A stretch of DNA of 64,000 nt from Styela clava (taxonomy: Eukaryota). A program made the position numbers and the translations under genes. The notes beneath the pieces are model-generated. The model worked only from the letters and a program-made list of their open reading frames with translations, had not been told where the DNA came from and searched no databases. The stretch spans positions 7,068,001-7,132,000 of the forward strand of contig NC_135264.1 in NCBI RefSeq assembly GCF_964204865.1, in the 5' to 3' direction. Below, in pieces: positions 38,575 through 51,232 of this stretch (position 1 is the stretch's first letter; each line of letters opens with the position of its first letter).

Positions 38575-40080
38575 TTATAAAGAAGAATATAGTTGGTTGT
38601 CTACCATTATCCTTTCGTCGTGATTTATTGATTGAATTGAAGTTGTGTTAACCGTGCTGTACACTGGCATCTCTTGCAGATCTTCAGTTGCCCCAGCAAC
38701 TTCATTCTCGTTGATAGAGGTATCCTCATTTGCACCAGAAGCTGATCGATATTTAATTAATCTGAAAAAAGAATTTAAAACTGAAATTCAGTCATTGCGA
38801 GAAAGTGATATAGCTTTATATATATATATATATTGTAGTTTAACCATACCTTACTGTTGTATACATCAGCAACACTGTCAAAATGACACAAAAACCGCCT
38901 AGAACGATTACTAATGTAATGTAGTTGGCTTCTTTTGCTTCGTTAAATCGGTCTTTAGTGCCAACGGGAATGGTCGTTTCCAATTTCGGACCATCAGTGC
39001 TGTTGTTAAAATAGCCTGTCTCAGAAGTTGCGTTGTCAGCTGCCGTCGTTGTTGCAGCTAAACTGGCCGTTGTTGAAACCGGTGTCCTGGTGGGGACTAA
39101 AATGAATTCGTAAAATTCAAATTCAAATTACATTATGCATTGAAAATTTAATATAAATCATAATACTTACTGATGTAATTGTTACAGTCCACATAGGTGT
39201 ATTTTATTCGAAAATTGTGTTTACTCTCGTAATAATTTCTTTTGTTTTTGAATGTAAGCTTGGGTGGATATGTAGCGTTCCCCAAAACCCAAATTTTTTG
39301 ACTGCAAGTTGAAGTTACATTCGATAAACGTTCACAGGTTTTGTATATTCGTGAAAATATGAAACAAACACCTTGAATGAAATCACAAATATTTTGCCCT
39401 AAAAGTAAGATAGTTCAACATTAATAAAAATAACGTTACGTAAGATTTTAGGATGTTTGCAATTTAAACAGATATACCTTGTAAATCCAGTTCTCCAGTA
39501 CACCACCAAGTTGAATAGTATGAGTATATTAATTCCATTCGTTCAATTTGTAAAACAATCATATCGTTATTTTTTTCAATATTTTCGGGGAATGTCCACA
39601 CGCAGTTTTGAACGTTTGACCCGCTTGCTTGTGGCGAGTTGATATATCCAACTTTCTTTCCAAGATCATTTGTCTCCCGACAGTCACCTCTCGTTGATGT
39701 CGGAAAATATATATCTGAAATGAGAATCGTTGAATTATGCTTAGTTTTTTATATTCTGCATCATGTTGCCCCCGACAAAAAAATTTTGTTTTAATGATTT
39801 GTCTGATTTGTGAAACCATTTAAAGAAAACCACAATGGAGTTGGACCAAGTTGGAAACCGATCCAATTTGTATCATTTCGCGGCTTAGACATTACAGTTG
39901 TTCTATTGATTTGTTGCATGTATTCAACTCGTTTCATATATGACTTTGTGTTTAACGTTTTAGGGCAGATTATTATTACAGCCAATTTAATTCTAAATAA
40001 CCTCGCTTGAATGAGACAAGTTTAATAAGATTCTTACCTGCAATTAATCCGAGCAAGATCCAATAACTTGTAGACTTCAT
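38575..40080 (-). CDS. CUB-like single-pass receptor, copy B (subfamily beta), intact, about 313 aa
   Basis: Exons 40080-40038, 39714-39478, 39398-39171, 39096-38850, 38761-38575 (942 nt, open). Signal peptide MKSTSYWILLGLIA, GYINSP...NCVWTF...IVLQI...WWC...NFRIKY, S/T stalk, TM YITLVIVLGGFCVILTVLLMY, tail with PVYSTV and DNQLYSSL. Confidence 0.88.
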
Positions 40081-41679
40081 TTCTATTCTGCCTGCTCTCT
40101 ATAATGTCAAATTTAGCTTCTGTTCTTATTATTCTGTTGTTCATTGCTTCAAAAAACAAAGAGCAAAAGCTGGTTGTGTTCAACATTAAATGCGTGCGTT
40201 ATCATAACATAGCATTTACCTTTATCATCCCAACACTCCCCACCATTATTACTTCCGCGGAGTGTTAAGAACATGATTCATTATATTATATCATAAATGA
40301 GAATCATTTTACTAACATTAGTAGTCAAAATTTGAATGTTTATGATATAAAGCAATTTTGAATTCTTCCGGCTTGAAGTTCTGCCTATTTCGAAATCAAA
40401 TTGGCACATATAAACTTGGGTAGAGTTGCTACGAATATATATGACGTTGAATTGACTTTTTGTTTAAGAATATAAGTTAATAATTCCAAGTCAAGAAGTC
40501 ATATTGAGGCTGGCTGGTGCCCCTGTTTCTGTTTTAAGCTTGTTAGACTCATATCATAGAATAAGTATGAGATGTATAAGATTCAGATATACTATAATTC
40601 CATGGCAGGTCTTTTTTACTAGTGTATAATGTGCTGATTTCAAATGACAGTATACTGTATCATAAAATAATATGAATGTTTAGTTATTTCTAGAAACTTT
40701 GAAATTTGAGCAATTTTTTAAAAAATAACCTCTTTGGCAAATTTTGTTTGTAAGCGTTGTATTAATTTGATCTCATTTGAGATACATTTGCATGCTTTAA
40801 CCGATCTGATGCTGTCTGACTTAAAGCTTGGTTTAGAGAACGGGTCGATGGTTTTCTAATTTTTTTTGTATTTTATCTTTGCTTTGTTTTTGCGTCCGAT
40901 ACATTCTGCATCAGCCTGACATTCGTCTGAGCGTCACTGTTCTGTTATGAAACATGTCTACTTAAGTTCTCAATTTGAATGATTTTCTATCTTGCAACTC
41001 GACTTGTACAATCATCTAAATTGACTGTAGACAACAACTTACCAAGCTCACGATAAATGAGACATTAATATATTCCCGATTCGCTAACACACATTTAATT
41101 ATTCGACTTCCTTGTTGCTATCATACATAGACAGCCCAATGTGATTGATTCATCTTCGTAACGAAGCCGCTTTTTACAGATAGATATATAGATAGATACC
41201 ACTACACTCACGCTTCGTTTTGAAACTTTGTATGTCTAATGCAGGCTGTCCATCACGAGCCCTAACAAGGTGGAAATATGGTCGTGTTTCTCATGTAAGG
41301 GATGGGATTTATGTGGAACTCATAATGGGTATGATAATCCAATTTTGGGGGTGCAAATGGATGTTATTTTGAACCTATGGATCGTTTTGTTATTAAATTG
41401 TACTTTTTCTTTATTATAGAATTTTATTCCCTATCGTTATGAAAAAAATCGCTTTTCTCGTTGATTACTGGACCAATTGTTTTAAAATTAAAGGTGGTTA
41501 AAGCTTGTATTTTCGCTAGAAGGCTATTACTTTTATTTTTATTAAATGTTTCTGTTAGCTCTATGGGATTCGTTTTTTTGTTTTGTTTGTTATGACGTCA
41601 TCAAAATTTGCGTACCTCGTGGCGATTCCGCGAACGTATATCAGCGGATTTCGTGCTTGGCGAAAGTGTGAAGTTTTTT

Positions 41680-41855
41680 ATGAATAAGATAGGATTTACA
41701 TTTTTATCCCGGGGGAGAGGAAAGCCGATAAGACGGCTTAACCATATGATAAACCATGGTCTCTCGCCCGGTTACCATTCCATGTCGAGTATGGATTTCG
41801 TTTTATTTTTCTATCGGAAGCATGGGCTTGATGGCGGAGAAAGCGTGACCAGAAA
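41680..41855 (-). mobile_element. 3' portion of the same SINE-like family
   Basis: Reverse complement shares TCTGGTC...CCATCAAG...GTAACCGG...CATGGTT...CTCCCC.GGATAAA with 3130-3300. Confidence 0.55.
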
Positions 41856-43667
41856 AATCATTAAATCTGAAGACAGCCTCTAAAACCCGGTACATTCCAT
41901 CTAGCCACTGATCATCTTACTTACTAGCATTAAAATATCTAAACAAATCCTAATCTAATAGTCATAAAATAAGAACTTGGTAACCTTTATTAGAGGACTT
42001 ATCATACTTTAACGGTATTTAGCAATATATATTGAGATAAACTTTATTAGACGGATTTCTAAAATGGTATAAGTTTATGGATCACGTGTAGAGTGACAAT
42101 AGTGGCGTTGTATATTTTTGTCTTCACATGGGTAGCAATTTTGATCAATTTCGTGTATAATGTTGATATCATTTTCTTAACCGGACATAGCAAAGTTAAA
42201 AGCTTGAATTACATTTTTATTTTTTCAATAGAAGACAAAATTCTAGAAGTCGCTTCCCTAAAAATGGGTAAAAAATCAAGTCCAAACGATAATTCCATTC
42301 CATGTATCGCTCAAAAGACAGTATATAACAGATAATATCAACAACGTAATGAAAAGAAGTGTGTCTTCGGGTTAATGGTATCATATTGGGCATTCCACTT
42401 TCTTTTTAAAATATATCATGACGACATATATATACTATAGATATAATTTTTTTTAATCGCGTGATATAGTCTACAAAAGTTTATTAACAGGAAAGACATG
42501 TACACTAAACTCCCAATGAAAATGATTGCGAGTTGATTAATTTGAAAACAATTTTACAAATTCAAGACGGTAATAAAACTTCACACCATCAGAAAACCTG
42601 AGGTCAGAATACTTGTTTCTAGCCGCGAGAGATAGGGGAGCATGGCCTACTAGTTGCTGACGAATCAAATTGTCATTCCATATTTTGAAAAAACGGGTAA
42701 ACGATAAAACAGATTCGACCGTAAAAATTTATTAATTCTTAGATTCGTTATTGCGCAGATAAAATAACATAGCTATATATATATATATATTTATTTTTGT
42801 TTTCAAAAAAGAAAGGCTATATTACGTTAAGGACTGTTCAATTCATCAAAATTAGCATATTTTGTTTTAGTGTTAAAGAAGCATAGTTTTTCGAAGTCGA
42901 AAAAATTCACTTATTTGGTCGTATTTAATTTTTTAATTTGTTACCAATACCCAACCAATTAATCAAATAGGAATAGGCCATAGTATATATCAATAGCTTG
43001 ATAAAAAGTGTATCTTTGGCTTACAGTACATTTAATTAGCTGAGCTTCGACTGTGTCACTCAAAAATCTCTGTGAGTTTTAGGGATTCGTTTTTTTTTTT
43101 GGGCGATTTTGTCTACTGTGACAGATTGAACACCCATTCTACTTAGTTTTGGCCTTATTGTCCGTCCATATATTTGAACATCGCTCTCGTGTTTAATTTC
43201 ATATGGTTTTGTTTAGGTGGGTATGTTTTCTCGGTAAGATATGTCGAGGATTCGAGAATCGAAAATTTAAGAATCGGATAAGAATCGAATATTTGTAAGT
43301 AGCCATACTTTGCATCCTTATTCATGAGTACACGTTGTGGTAAAATACCAAAAGCAGCGTTGAAGATCGTTTTTTTTCTGCTGACAACGGATTCAAAAAA
43401 TAGTTTCATATAGCTATTGTTTCAACAAAACTTGTTTCAAATAGTATTTTGTTGTATTTTTTAATAAGGCATGTAAAGATTGCTTTCACTTTCTACAGCA
43501 TTGAAATATTTTGAGATCACTCAGAAAAATATAATAAAACAATGAAACGTTAAAATTAGTGAAAATTACTAATAGCCCACATGCCTGATATTCAATATAT
43601 AAGACAGCATATACAAATATAATTGTCACTACTTGTATAGTTTTACATTGACATATTGTCTTTGTGA

Positions 43668-46461
43668 TCAATCGTTAAGATTCCACATAAGATTCCAAAA
43701 ATAATAACGATAGTGCATGCAGCTGTTTGTCCTTGACTGTTTTCGTAAACGCCAGTTTCTATTGCTTCATCGCTATTCGTTGTTGAAGATGCGACATGCT
43801 TAACCCCTGGTCAAAATAATACTATATATTTTAACGACATCTTAAACTTAATATTATGTTTTATATGATTATAGTGTTTAATGTCTATTCTTACGCTTTG
43901 TAGTACGTCCATGAGTACCGGTAAATGCTGTTTTACGTGAAAATCGAGATGTACCTCTGGTAGCTTGGTCGGGTTTCTGCGTTGAGCTTATAAATGTGGC
44001 ATCGGTGGTTGATACTGCAAATAATTTATTAAATTCATTCACATTTGGGGTTGTCATCTAGGGGTGAATATGACCTGGCTTGATGAATAATTTTACAAGC
44101 AAGGAATTTATACTAAGTCATAATTAAGCTATATATCAGTTTCATCTTATTAATGACCAAAAGTGAACATAGCAGATAGCAACGTTGGTGGGATTACAAT
44201 ACCCTCCGATGCGCAATAAAGTGATATTATGCTCCCTGTGCAGAGAATCCTGTGTGGCTGTGGGAATAAAAATATCAGCATTGCAGCATGTTTTTGCTGA
44301 AGTTAAGATTTCCCATGCAACGCAATCAGTTTTGGGTATCCACGTCCACAATTCTACATAGAAATTTATACTTCTAAAGACTTTTCAGCTCAATTGGTCA
44401 TTATTGTTATCTGTGGAAGGAAAACATTTACAGGGTAAAATTTGCATAGAGGTAGATGAGTTATAATAAAGGTGCATAATACAAGACCTAATTGTATTTT
44501 CGGCAAAAGTGACTACCTCTACCAGAGTACTTTTGCAGCATACTTGTATGAAAATATACCAGTGGTCAAATTAATTTGCACAATAGAGATAATATGTACG
44601 TAAATTATCAGAAGAGCACAAGTTTGTGTATTATTTTGTTGTCGATAGCTCTTTTCATGTTATATACTATTGATTAATTATGACTCTTTTACCTTAACTT
44701 ATACATTTCGTTAGAAGAATTTACTGCTTACCTGGGTCGTTATTACAAGCAACGTAGCTGTATTTTATTTTGAATTTGTGACTCGTTTCGTAATGTTTAA
44801 TTTGGCTTTCAAACAAAACTTTTGGAGGATACGCGTCTTTTTCGGTGAACCAAATCTTGTGTGTACATGTGGCTGTGGCATTTTGAAGTATATCACAATC
44901 AATTTTGCCAGGTTTAAATATGAAGCAAACACCTGGCTGGAAATCACATATATTTTGGCCTGTTTCAAAAAAAATATGTAAGATCACATACTTTATCAGA
45001 AAAATAAGGTGAATTTCGGCTAGTCTCAATCATAATGTTTCGTTTCATATGTTTAATATGCCATAATTGTCGAGAAATGTAGCGTGGATGCCATTTGTGA
45101 CTGTTTTATTATAAGTTACAGACAGCATCACAGGTGGCCCATCGGTTCACCACAGAGGTCGAGACAACATCAACGGCCTTTAGTATTTATTTCGTCTTTT
45201 CTGAGAAAATTGACAATAATAAATGAATGATAGCGCACAGCTATATAAGTATGTTGACTGACATTTCTTGTCTTTGGAACAAGCTGCAAAGCTCAGAAAA
45301 AAACAAGAGAGCTATGCTCAAATATATGACACGTTTACCGATTCTCAGAAATTCACCAACATTTACAGACATCAGTTATAACAGTGACTGCAAGCCCCGC
45401 TTTTACGAGACAGTTACGAGTTAGTTCAGTGTCACCGCGCTGTGTTAGGGTACCGGAACTGCCCTACCTTTAGAAGTTCTCGTGACAGCGTGAATTAAAA
45501 TTGCGAGATGGTCCGACTCACAACTGTAGTAACACCAACGATCCGAGTCACGACTGTAATACAACACCACTTGCTTCCCCATTCCTCAAATCTTAGCAAA
45601 GCAAGGATTTCGTTACGAACCACCGACGTTCGATGGCACGTGATCGAAAGAACATGAAGAGGAGTGCCAGCATTAGTGTCCGCTGAACGTTCGGTGAAGT
45701 CATAGCAAACAGAAACAAATCTCACAGAGCTAACAGAAATATTTGAAATAAATAAAAGTAATATCCTAAAAATGTCATTTTTAACCACTAAAAATTTATA
45801 AAGCGATTGGTCCAGTAATCAAAGAGAAAAGCGACTTTTTCGGTTTTCCACTAGGTGTCCAAAAAGTAAACGATCGTTAATTTTGTTGGCGGAAAACGCT
45901 TGAAGCCAATTTCATTTGATATCGGTCTAACAGGAAAAGGGTGCTTTATAACAGTGTGCCAAAGAGTGCCAAAGTAAAATCTTGCAAGATAATTTGATTC
46001 ACTTTTTGTTCAATGAAAATTTTTATGTGAAATATGATATATAACTGTGGAATGAAGTAGGCTAACGAGAATATATCAATCCAAACAAACCATTTAATCT
46101 CAGTCGGACAGTATACCACCAGTATTCATCGCTGTATATGTAACTAATTTCATTTCATCTATTTTCAAGATGATGATTGCATCTCCCCTGGATGTCGACG
46201 CGTCGGAAAATTTCCACAAGCAATTTTCGTTCCTAATATTTTGATAAGGTGGTGTTGTTATATATCCTTCGGTATTGTTTAGATACAGATTTTCAAGACT
46301 GCAATATCCTCTGGAACAATTTGTCAAATAGGCTAAAAAAAACAAAAATATTTGTTTACCATAACCAAATTTCGATTAGAAATGTATAGTATTGAAGGCG
46401 TTTACTTACCTAGGATAATATTCGCGTACAAAACGTACTGAGAATACGACATTGCTTTCAT
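43668..46461 (-). pseudogene. CUB-like receptor, copy C (subfamily alpha); frameshifted and 3'-truncated
   Basis: Exons 46461-46410, 46332-46091 (242 nt, 1-nt deletion near 46137 relative to copy A), 44959-44732, 44014-43907, 43806 to about 43668. Homology to copy A stops inside the TM exon and no cytoplasmic exon is visible. Confidence 0.8.
45302..45865 (-). mobile_element. Helentron-associated (HINE/DINE-1-like) non-autonomous element in intron 2 of copy C
   Basis: On the - strand it begins TTTTTGGACACCTAGTGG and ends GTGTCATATATTTGAGCATAGCTCTCTTGTTT (short subterminal inverted repeat, 3' hairpin GAGC-ATA-GCTC, T-run target, no TSD). Absent at the paralogous site near 34415. Related pieces at about 41440-41670, 43070-43195, 49119-49366 and 36068. 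Confidence 0.65.
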
Positions 46462-46980
46462 TACTGAATATATTAATGATAAAGCTATAGTGCAATAAAA
46501 TGAAAAAAGTTAATTTCAATTTTTTTGTATGTGGAACCACCGTAATAAAAATTAGTCTGTTAGATCTATAACGTTTACGGACCCTTTTATCTAGCCCTGA
46601 AAAAATGATATACACAAATTACGCAGCAAAGTAAGTTTCTGCATCTTTTATTAAGTTGTCTACAATTTCTTTCTACCTTCTATCCTATTCCTAATATATA
46701 AGATTTCATTTCAAATTTGAATGTGAATGCTGCGTGAGATATTTATATCTGTCACCCATGGATCATTGACAGAACTATGTTTTTTAGTAATATATTGACC
46801 TTGCTTAGTTTAGATCAGTGCTCTTCAACCTTTTTGTTATTGTGGAAGCCCTGATAAAATTTTTATGGAACCCCAATTAACAGAATTAAAAAAAAAACAC
46901 GAAATACTCGTAACACGAAAAGCTGAACAACAACTCTATTTTGTAGTATATACTTTCTCTAGTCTCGAGCAATATCTACA

Positions 46981-47350
46981 GATCCTGAGTAATTCAATAA
47001 ATAGTCTTGCTGCACACTAACAAAAATATATTTCTGTAACGTTTCGTCTGACCAAGGTCAAACTTTCTCAGACATACATATATATTTCAACTAAAGCAAG
47101 AATGTTAAATTATATTCCCAAATTGCTATTCTTGCTTTAGTTGAAATATGTATGTCTGAGGAAGTTTGACCTTGGTCAGACGAAACGTTACAGAAATATA
47201 TTTGTGTTAGTATGCAGCAAGACTATTTATTGAATTACTCAGGATAGTTATCTTCACTCTTGCTGCAGCATCCTTGCATTATATGCATACAGATCCACCG
47301 ACGCAAACGCATAGAAAACGAAAAAGTAGTTGGTCTTGTAGAAACCCAAT
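46981..47350 (+). mobile_element. Penelope-like retroelement fragment (inverted pseudo-LTR pair)
   Basis: Inverted arms 46982-47103 and 47128-47245; 11-bp flanking direct repeat CAATATCTACA (46970-46980, 47351-47361); each arm carries a hammerhead-type motif. Confidence 0.72.
47144..47203 (+). ncRNA. Minimal type I hammerhead ribozyme motif
   Basis: UAUGU-CUGAGGA-A-GUUUGAC(CUUG)GUCAGAC-GAAAC-GUU-ACAG: conserved core boxes, 7-bp stem II, palindromic AACGUU stem III, stem I UGU/ACA. Predicted cleavage after 47189. Confidence 0.75.
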
Positions 47351-49577
47351 CAATATCTACATTCTTTGAACATCATGTAACTATGGTGCAACAATAGCGT
47401 TCTTGTAAGTTGCATAACAATGACTAAAGTAACGAAACAACCGAAAATATTTCTGTTTTGTCTATTAACTGCACTGTGACTAAACCTCCTGTTTAACGAA
47501 TTGGCCTACTTGGAGTTTGCATGAGATTGAGATGGTCTAAAAATATTTATAATGACGCATCAACATGCTGAAGCAAGAAATGATTTTCCCTGAAAAAGAA
47601 AAACGCGGAACCCCTGAGGAACCCTATAAACTCACGGAACCCCACTGCATGTATTGCGGAACCCTAGGGTTCCGCGGAACCCCTGTTGAAGAGCACTGGT
47701 TTAGATGATTCATCAGTTTCCATGAAGTGACTTCCTGTGTGTCTATTTCTTTTAAGTTTCGTCGAATTCTAACAATAGTTTCACTTTCACCGCCAGCACA
47801 TAACTCCAACAGTTTTCTAGCCTGGGTTCAAAATATTGATGCGTTTAACATTCAATTGTCTGGTGGTTTGGACGAGTCATTCCCATCATGCGCTTGAACT
47901 CGTTTCGATACGGCAATGACGCTGGATCAAGTATCCTGTTTGCGTATGTTCATTGCTATGGCCAAACACCAAAAATATGATGTAAACTAGTAGGAATACT
48001 AATAGTATATATTTAAGTAAGTATAGTATTTATCTGCCTAACTGTTGACTCCAGAGAGCGGTGAAAGATCATCTACAAACATTTTACGTGAGTGAAATTC
48101 AAATACAAAAGATAAAAGTGATCATTTTCACAAAATATCATCTGCTTTTTTACGACCTCGATATGTGAAATTTTTTGTTTTCTGAGCGAATTTCATCACT
48201 TCATCATAAAATAGGCATTTGCCAAAAAATCAGGATGAGATTTGGAAACATTCATAATAAAAAAACAATTACTTCGTATACATTTTTTTTAACTTGATTT
48301 TACATGCAACATTTCAAAGCAACTGATATATTTCTGCGCGTACAATTTCAATTCTTTTGCACAATGCTCATCATGAGATGATAATATACCCAAAACCGTA
48401 GCTCAACAGGAAAGAGTAGGTGTTTAGTTGACTGTATTCTGTAATCCTAATATATTGCACTACTCTTATACCACCTACATAGCAAAACGTTCATAACAGG
48501 ACCTATCTTGGTTTCTAAGTATTCAGTAATATTTAAATGGGCTAGAAATAACTAGACTAATAACTAGACCCAACTAGAAATAATGAACATAACAAAATTA
48601 AAAGTTCGGATTTAATATTTATTTTTCAGTTTGAGTTATTACTTTTATTATTACTTTTCATTACTGCTTATGTATATACCTACCCCTTCAAACAAAATTC
48701 TAAATGGTTGGTGAAAAACGAGTTAGACAATGTTTTCATTTCGCATCATAGAACTATTAATATCCGCACGAATTTTGCACAAAATTTAACCGTACGACGT
48801 AACTGGTTAAATTACCATCTACGATTCATTTTCTCGTGGTCCTAAAATTGACCTGTTTTTGAAAGCCAGTGTATCATCATACCTACAAATATTCTTTCTT
48901 TGGATTTATTTCTTCTTTGTTCATTACTGCTAAGTCATATAAAACAATCACATATGGCATAAGCTGTAACGTATAGCCCTCGACTTTTTCGTAATAGGAA
49001 CCGTCTGTTTATGCTTAAGCAATTCAGTTCTATTAAGATATTGTTATGTTATTGGACAAGAAATGGACATACACATCGTTTTATTATTGTGTTGTTAGGA
49101 TTTCTCGTTGTTATTGTTGTGGAAAAATCGCTTTTCTCTTTAACTACTTGACCAATTGTCTTGAAATTTTAATTGGTTAAAGATTGTATTTTTCGCTAGA
49201 AGGCTGTTACTTTTATTAGTGCTATGATCAAATGGAATCAAAATTAAAAATTGCGCACCTTGTGGCGTTTCCGCGTTAGTGGTCAGGCGATGTCGTGACG
49301 GATTGCATACCCGTACTACTTCGTTTGGGCTTTCGTGTCCATATATTTGAGCATCGCTTTTTTGTTGTAAAAAGGGATCGTTGGTTCAACAAGTTATTGT
49401 TTAGTTGAACTTTGAATTGGAAAATCTTTGAAATCGGTAATTTATACTTGAGTCTCTACAGAAATTTTTGATTGTTCCATATGCTAGCGAACTACTGTAG
49501 CCTACCTATTTTGCTTTATTATGGCAACTAAACCAAGGGAATTCAGGACCGGATTTGGACAATGTGAGGCCCTAGTC

Positions 49578-51232
49578 CAGTGATTCTCAAACTAGGGTTT
49601 GAGAGCCGTATGCGAAAAACGAAAATGGTCAATTTCATCATAATCGCTGACTGTCTTTGTCACCGCGATCGTTTCGGCGGCGATATCCTGAAGTTGATAT
49701 TCCATATTCCCGCCCTTTCTCGTTTTTTTGTAAGAATAAAAGGTCACCGGATATCGAAGTTTCATATTTGTAGTATACCCTTGCGTTCACATCAGCGACA
49801 GCTGTTGAATACATTAAGGGCTGATTTAAAAACCAAATTAATTTTATTTTGAGTTTTATCCTCTGCCTTGGATTTGATCTTCCTTTTCATCGCTTGTAAA
49901 TTAACCGTGCCTGTTTAAAGGGAACGGTAACCGAGATGCAGATATTTAATAAAATGATAATTGAGTTTCTCATGCTTTCATGGTGTTCGTGTTATTTTAG
50001 TATTGGACTATCAAATTTACGATTGTGTGAATCCTGAATGTTGATTTAAAATAGCGATTAAATAAATTGAAAATAAAGGAACTTCTAGGCCTTTGTTCCT
50101 ATTATAGGGTCCAGACGCCAATTATAACTAATTCCTTCAAGTTTTAACGTTTTTTTTAACAAAACAACACCCCGATAGTTATTATAGCTAAAATACTTAC
50201 TGAGTAATGCTCAATTCTTTTTACGGAATTTGCAAATTCAGCACTTCACTTAATGATTTTGATTATGTCATGCCTTAAGGCTCAATTATCACTGCCCAAA
50301 TGCTTCAAAATTTAACGATTGTTATCATTTTCGATGATAATAGACGCAACAATTCTTGAACTAGTCAGTGTGCATTGTTACAACGAAATTCACGATTGAT
50401 TTTACGTTCTTCTGTTGATTCAACGGCCATGCATGGTCGAGTAAAATGTTTACATATTCGAAACATTACTTGGCCAAGGATGGAAGGGATCGCCAAAGAG
50501 CTAATACAAAGTGCTTTAAAGGGAGTAGGACATGACATTTCTTATCTGGTTACAACTCAATGAGTGTTTTTCATACAAGTAACTCATACCAACTTTTGGA
50601 AAAACTTTTGGTCATTTTTAAATCCATGCTATTTATATAACTAGAGTTTTCCAACGACCTAAAATCGCCTTTTTCACAATGAAACACCGAGAAGTCATTT
50701 TAACATTTATTTTAATCAACTTTATGTTCGTTAAGAAGTCCAGAAGTGACTAATGACATGTCACCAAGCATGCGGAGTTTAAAATCTGAGAAATTTATTT
50801 TAAATACCTAATCTGGTTTGACGTTTCTAAATTTCGGTCGGTACGTTTTTTTGCAAAATATGGAATTGAAACGATGCGTTAAGTGCAAAGATAAGCATAT
50901 AACACTATAACGCAAAGACAACGACTTCTCAAATTTGTCGTTTTTTTCTGACAGCGATCACCGTTGGGAAATCTTGCACAATTCAAGATTGAGTTGGAGA
51001 CGCACGAGTTCGGATTCCAAGCAGAGCGGCGCAGGTCACGTGGTACCGGATATTCGAATAGTAAAATGCCATTCGAACACTTTATTATTGGAATGTTACG
51101 CCCAGCCCTAGTTGTTACGTGTGTTGTTGTTACGATGATTTGGTATTTTAAATAAGCGCTTAAGGTTTGTTGCTATTTTACCTTGCGTTGTTTGTGTGCG
51201 GCTCTGGGACTAAAAAAGTTTGAGAACCACTG
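49578..51232. mobile_element. Non-autonomous hAT (Charlie-type) element inserted into the end of an older hAT MITE
   Basis: TIR CAGTGATTCTCAAACT / AGTTTGAGAACCACTG; TSD-like CCCTAGTC / CCCCAGGC. Joined flanks restore the CAGGRCCGGATTT...GGCCCYAGGCTA terminus seen at 37709. An internal GCCCAGCCCTA end at about 51110 matches the 32645 family. Confidence 0.78.

Larger units (their letters stand above)
46816..47698. mobile_element. hAT MITE upstream of copy C, containing a nested Penelope-like insertion
   Basis: Perfect 14-bp TIR CAGTGCTCTTCAAC, perfect TSD GTTTAGAT, subterminal GGAACCC repeats. The paralogous site near 35374 is empty. Confidence 0.93.

Noticed and set aside
4180-41880. Other CTGANGA matches as hammerhead ribozymes (for example 4182, 12040, 17914, 38410, 41867)
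   Set aside because: No stem II followed by GAAAC and a cleavage triplet.
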